Of a DNA stretch of 64,000 nt, positions 59,886 to 64,000 are shown piece after piece. The notes under the pieces are model-generated. The model saw only the letters and a list, made by a program, of their open reading frames with translations. It ran no database searches and was not told where the DNA came from. This DNA is from a virus, in the IMG/VR virus record IMGVR_UViG_3300050821_006071, positions 6,632-70,631 of that record, one strand, 5' to 3'. Both the position numbers and the translations under genes were made by a program. The number at the start of each line of letters is the position of its first letter. Position 1 is the stretch's first letter.

Positions 59886-60337
59886 GTCTTTTCACCTAGC
59901 GATCTGGCCACGGTGATAAGGCGTTCACAGTCCGCGCGGGTGAGACGTTCGAAGGCGGCAGCGTCTACCTCGGCCACCCCGTAGCGGGCACTGTTGAGCA
60001 AGCGCGCGGCTTGCTCGGCCTGGCCGCGTAGGAGCACCTCGGGCACTGGCAGGTCGGGCATGGGGTGGGTGACGTGCGGCCTTACCTCTACGGCAGCCAC
60101 CAAGACCAGCCCCCCAAGGATGACAGCGGCAGGTACGCACCACTGGGCTACGCCGTAGGTGACCAGCACCACGCCGGCTAGCTCCATGCCGTAGAGTTGG
60201 ACTTGCCGAGCTAGCCGCACCTTACGGGCAGCCTCACTGAGCCTCGGGGTGGTGGCCCTGGTGGCGTTGCCTAGCCATGCCCACAAGCGGACGGCAAACG
60301 CCACGACCACGCCAACAGAGTTCTTAAAGCGTTGCAT
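59882..60337 (-). CDS. Membrane protein between terminase and portal
   Basis: LAGVVLVTYGVAQWCVPAAVILGGLVLV double-TM segment. Confidence 0.6.
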   Translation of the reverse strand: MQRFKNSVGVVVAFAVRLWAWLGNATRATTPRLSEAARKVRLARQVQLYGMELAGVVLVTYGVAQWCVPAAVILGGLVLVAAVEVRPHVTHPMPDLPVPEVLLRGQAEQAARLLNSARYGVAEVDAAAFERLTRADCERLITVARSLGEKT

Positions 60338-60344
60338 CTCATGA

Positions 60345-61910
60345 TCACCATACGAAGCCGATATCCTTGACGGGCTTGCCCATAAATGTGTCCGGGCCGT
60401 CTTGGGCAAACCAATACGCGGCTCGGTCTACCGCCATCACCAGGGCAACGGCAGCGTCAATCTTGCGCGCGGAATTCTTGGCGTCCTTCTGTAGCATCTG
60501 ACCTCGGGCGTCAATGCGTAGTTGCGCGCTGCTGATGTGCCGAGTAAGCACGGGGTTGCCGTCCTGCCAGATGTTCTTGGTCGTTACGACTAGCTCGTAA
60601 AGCCTTTGGGTGGCAGGCCCCATACGGGTCATCGTTTGCGGGAACGACACCACGGGGATGCCTTCTTCTAGCAATTCCTCTAGCTCGCTCACCCATATGT
60701 ATTCGTCGGCCGCCACCTCGCGAACGTCCCACGTGCGGCAGGCCTCACGAATGGCCTGTTTGACCTCCTCACGGGGTACCCGCCACCCGACGGCTTCCTC
60801 ATCGTTGAGGGGCTTTTCCCAGATGCCCAAGACCTTGACCTTCGGGCAGGCCTCGACGGTTACGGCTATGAGAGCGGTCGAGTCCCCGTTGCGAGAGCCA
60901 TCGAAGCCGAGCACCACGCCTTTGGGCGGGGCGATGAACTGGTAGTCATGCCGGCAGAGGGGCCAAGCGCCATCGGGAAACCAAGCGCGCTTGGCGCTGA
61001 CGAACATGTTCAGTTTCTTAGTCTTGAAATCGGGAAGGCTGCCCTTGTTAGCGGCTTGGGTGTAGAGCCGCGTGAAGTCCTCAGGGTCTAGCAAGTCCCC
61101 GTAGGCGGGGTTGGACGCCTGCCAAACCTTGGGATCGCTGGCGTCGGCATCGTCGGGGGCACCCCACCACGCCATGAAGAATGAATCATCTTTGACTTCG
61201 CCGTTGATGATCTTTTGGCCATACTGGTAAAGTCGGTAGCAAATCGATTCCCCGCCCGTGATGTCAAGCTTGACGCCGGCGGTTGTGATGGCGATGAGCA
61301 TGGGGTCCAAACGCGCGCCAAACGCGTCGTTGATGACGTCGTAAAGGTCATCGTCTGGTGCCGCGTGCAACTCATCGTAAATGGCGAGTGTGGGGTTAAG
61401 GCCTTCCTTGGTGTAAGCCTCGGAACTCAGTGCCTTGTAAATGCTGCCAGTCTTGGTGTCTTCCAACACCGATTGGTAGCACTTGATTCGGCCGCCTTGC
61501 TCGAAATCGAGCTGCGGTTCCATCTGAACCATTCGCTTGGCGACGCCAAAGACAATCCGTGCCTGGTCTTTATCGCATGCAAGCGAGTAGACCTCGGCAC
61601 CCATGCCGCCAGTGAGCAGGCCATGAAGGGCAAAGCCAGAGCCTATGGCGGACTTGCCGTTTTTCCTCGGCAGCCCGATCAGCGCCGTACGGTGCCTGCG
61701 CCGGCCACCAGGGCGACGCGCGTAGATGGCGCCGGCTAGGCCCCGCTGCCATGGCCTGAACTGTATGAGGCTGCCGGCCTTGCCGTAGTAGCCGTCTTTT
61801 GTCGTCCTGCAAAAGCGCTCTTGGAACTCAACTATCAGGTCGCCATCACCCCGAGCAACATCCTCGGGGCTTACGTGCGTCATCCATAGTGGCGGACTCG
61901 CCATGTGCAT
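60345..61910 (-). CDS. terL: Terminase large subunit
   Basis: PWQ, PRKNGKS, YDELH, ITTAG, LGFDGS..D, KIDAAVA. Confidence 0.95.
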   Translation of the reverse strand: MHMASPPLWMTHVSPEDVARGDGDLIVEFQERFCRTTKDGYYGKAGSLIQFRPWQRGLAGAIYARRPGGRRRHRTALIGLPRKNGKSAIGSGFALHGLLTGGMGAEVYSLACDKDQARIVFGVAKRMVQMEPQLDFEQGGRIKCYQSVLEDTKTGSIYKALSSEAYTKEGLNPTLAIYDELHAAPDDDLYDVINDAFGARLDPMLIAITTAGVKLDITGGESICYRLYQYGQKIINGEVKDDSFFMAWWGAPDDADASDPKVWQASNPAYGDLLDPEDFTRLYTQAANKGSLPDFKTKKLNMFVSAKRAWFPDGAWPLCRHDYQFIAPPKGVVLGFDGSRNGDSTALIAVTVEACPKVKVLGIWEKPLNDEEAVGWRVPREEVKQAIREACRTWDVREVAADEYIWVSELEELLEEGIPVVSFPQTMTRMGPATQRLYELVVTTKNIWQDGNPVLTRHISSAQLRIDARGQMLQKDAKNSARKIDAAVALVMAVDRAAYWFAQDGPDTFMGKPVKDIGFVW

Positions 61911-62014
61911 TCGCCTCAAATGCCTCTGCGCGGCCCTAGGAGCCACGCACAGACGTTTTCAGCGCAGGTTGGTGTGATCCCCTAGCCTTGAATCAGGATA
62001 GTCCTAGAGCAGTC

Positions 62015-62437
62015 CTAGGCCGCTCTGGAGATAAGGCCCTTTACGTACCGCTCGGCCTCGAAGTCACTGGCGCTTGCCACGTGAACCCCGCCGGCCCCTC
62101 GGTGGTGGGCCTCGCAGAGCCATTGGAGGTTTGCGGCCGACTCAACCCATGCCCCGACCTCATCAGGGTCGGACACTCCGGGGTAGTCAACCTCAAGCCA
62201 TTGGAGGTTGACCCCGTTTTGCAAGGCGAACTCTATGTGCGCGTGGTGAAGTTCAAGCTCTCCCCCGCATTCGCTGAAATCGCTGCGATGGGCACCTATC
62301 GCGCACTGTGCCGTTGCCTTCGTGCGATTGCGGTAAGAGTGGAAGTCCTTGTAATGGGGGTCGCCCTGACGCGGTGCGTGCTCAGGATAGTGAATTACGT
62401 ACCGGTGAGTCGTTGACTGGTCATGTGCCGGCGTCAC
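62015..62437 (-). CDS. HNH-like protein
   Basis: C...C..LELHH...NLQWLCEAHHRG..GVH. Confidence 0.6.
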   Translation of the reverse strand: MTPAHDQSTTHRYVIHYPEHAPRQGDPHYKDFHSYRNRTKATAQCAIGAHRSDFSECGGELELHHAHIEFALQNGVNLQWLEVDYPGVSDPDEVGAWVESAANLQWLCEAHHRGAGGVHVASASDFEAERYVKGLISRAA

Positions 62438-62910
62438 GGGTGGGCCGCCAAAAGGTTGCCGACGATGTAGACGACAATTACTAGCAAGGACACGGCTACG
62501 CCCATGATCGCTATCCGCATGTTGGTTGCGCGGTTGGCTGACTCGATCTGGGAGGTTACGCCGCTGTTCCTGCCGGTGTCTGACTGTATGTACTCGGCGA
62601 GGGGCTTGATGGTGGCAGATATTTCTCTGTTCAGGGCTGACAGGTCTTCGCGGGTTGCGTACCTGCCACGTTCTGAGCTGATCTGTTCCCTAAGCTCGTT
62701 GGCCTTCTCGTCTTTGTACGTCTGTATCTGGGACGCCAAGGCCAACGCCTTTTCGTCGGCTGTTTCCTTGACTTTCAGCGCTTTTTCCTCGGCCGCCTTG
62801 ACCTCTGCGTAACGCTGGTCACGCTCGGCCGCCAACGTCTGGTCTGCCGCCCGTAGGGCTGCCAGGTGTTCTCTCAGGGAGACTTGCTCATTGCTGCCTT
62901 GTGCCATCAA
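62434..62910 (-). CDS. Coiled-coil protein with C-terminal TM anchor
   Basis: AEEKALKV..A.EKA helix; IAIMGVAVSLLVIVVYIVG. Confidence 0.6.
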   Translation of the reverse strand: MMAQGSNEQVSLREHLAALRAADQTLAAERDQRYAEVKAAEEKALKVKETADEKALALASQIQTYKDEKANELREQISSERGRYATREDLSALNREISATIKPLAEYIQSDTGRNSGVTSQIESANRATNMRIAIMGVAVSLLVIVVYIVGNLLAAHP

Positions 62911-63250
62911 CCTTCGCCTCTATGCGGTCAACGATGTTTGCTATGTGCGTCAGAGCCTCATGGTCGGCATCTTCCTTGGCCGCGCGCCGTACGTCAGCGC
63001 GGTTGGCCGAGCGCTGCAAGCAAAACAAGCCCCATGACTGAATCCAGCTAGAGAAGATCAGGACGCACAATTTGAATAGCAACGGGATACCGAGGGCCAT
63101 CAACGGGATGATGAACGCGAGGTAAATGCCGATCATCGAGCCGAGAGCTAGCGCCAGGTGCTCGGTGACCCAATTGTTGATCTTTTCGAGCATGGTGGTC
63201 GGGGCATCGGCCGACTTGCGCGGGTGCTTAACGTGCGGATGGGCTTTCAT
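62888..63250 (-). CDS. DUF1003-like membrane protein
   Basis: Two TM segments followed by LQRSANRAD...A..D. Confidence 0.55.
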   Translation of the reverse strand: MKAHPHVKHPRKSADAPTTMLEKINNWVTEHLALALGSMIGIYLAFIIPLMALGIPLLFKLCVLIFSSWIQSWGLFCLQRSANRADVRRAAKEDADHEALTHIANIVDRIEAKVDGTRQQ

Positions 63251-63740
63251 TGCGCTTGGCCTGCCTGTCTAGCAATTCGTTGAGGTCTACTACGGCCTTG
63301 CGCGCCTTGGCCTCGGTGATGCCGAGCTTCGCGCGGTCGGTTGGGGAGAATCCGAGCACGGAAAGGCATTGGCGGATGGTGGCTTCGCACTTGCGGATTT
63401 CCGCAATCAAAGGGTGGGCTACGGGCTGCCCGAGGCTGCCCTCTTGAACTAGGCCATCGTCCTGAACCCGCTTGCGGAACTCCTCGATATCATCATATGC
63501 GCGCGATATCATTTCAGTCCAGTGGTAATCCTGGTCGGACTTTAGCCAATAGCCCGCTTCCCAGACCTTATGCCATTCGAGCCGACCGCGTGTGCCGAGG
63601 CCGCGCGGGGCCGGCGGAGCTGGAATCTCCCGTACTGACAATGTGGGGTTGGCTTTGACCAGTTCTCGGCCGCCAGGCGTGCGGCCGTCCCCTTTTGCCT
63701 TTTGCGCCATGCGCTCGATTGGCTCAGCTCTCCTGCCCAT
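63228..63740 (-). CDS. terS: Terminase small subunit (P27 family)
   Basis: GSLGQPVAHPL...LGFSPTDRAKLG. Confidence 0.88.
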   Translation of the reverse strand: MGRRAEPIERMAQKAKGDGRTPGGRELVKANPTLSVREIPAPPAPRGLGTRGRLEWHKVWEAGYWLKSDQDYHWTEMISRAYDDIEEFRKRVQDDGLVQEGSLGQPVAHPLIAEIRKCEATIRQCLSVLGFSPTDRAKLGITEAKARKAVVDLNELLDRQAKRNESPSAR

Positions 63741-64000
63741 CGCGCTTATCGTCCTTTTGGTAATCGGTCTTCATGAATTGCTGAGACCATTTAGAACGCC
63801 CGCCACGCGTGCCAGTTGACCTAAAAGCCTCTGCCCGCTTGGATTCCGCGCGGCCTCGGCCTTTTATCCTTGTCTTTCGCATTTCCCGCCTCTGGAATTC
63901 AAGCGAATATCATTGAATTAGCGCTAAAAGAACGCTATAAAATAAAGAACCATTCTGAAATGGCAAATTCGGACAAAATAGTGAGTTGATGCGCGAAGGC

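Noticed and set aside
1-64000. CRISPR array, retron or diversity-generating retroelement
   Set aside because: No regularly spaced repeats, no reverse transcriptase motifs and no template/variable repeat pair seen. The YAD at the protease C-terminus is not in an RT context.

Overview
The whole window is most of a temperate, GC-rich siphovirus genome whose host is most likely a filamentous actinomycete (inferred from Lsr2, an L5-gp71-like repressor, GntR and the HATPase/XRE-DUF5753/DUF397 triad). The minus strand from 63740 to 38067 carries an HK97-type packaging, head, tail and lysis module. Its major capsid gene is split by a 918-nt group I intron with an Endo VII/HNH-type homing endonuclease, and its tail chaperone has a -1 frameshift. 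The plus strand from 2768 to 22540 carries a replication and nucleotide-metabolism operon: sigma-like factor, PolA, two DNA methyltransferases, helicase, exonucleases, Endo VII, split primase, MazG and RNA ligase. The centre holds a large serine integrase with an apparently intact attP, then regulators and small early genes. The most unusual content is non-coding: a 128-nt alanine-identity tmRNA-like RNA with no tag ORF, a tRNA(CAU) without a D-arm, a tRNA-Gln with C33, several unclassified multi-stem RNAs, and a dispersed ~110-bp intergenic element family. All calls come from reading motifs by eye; no searches were run.
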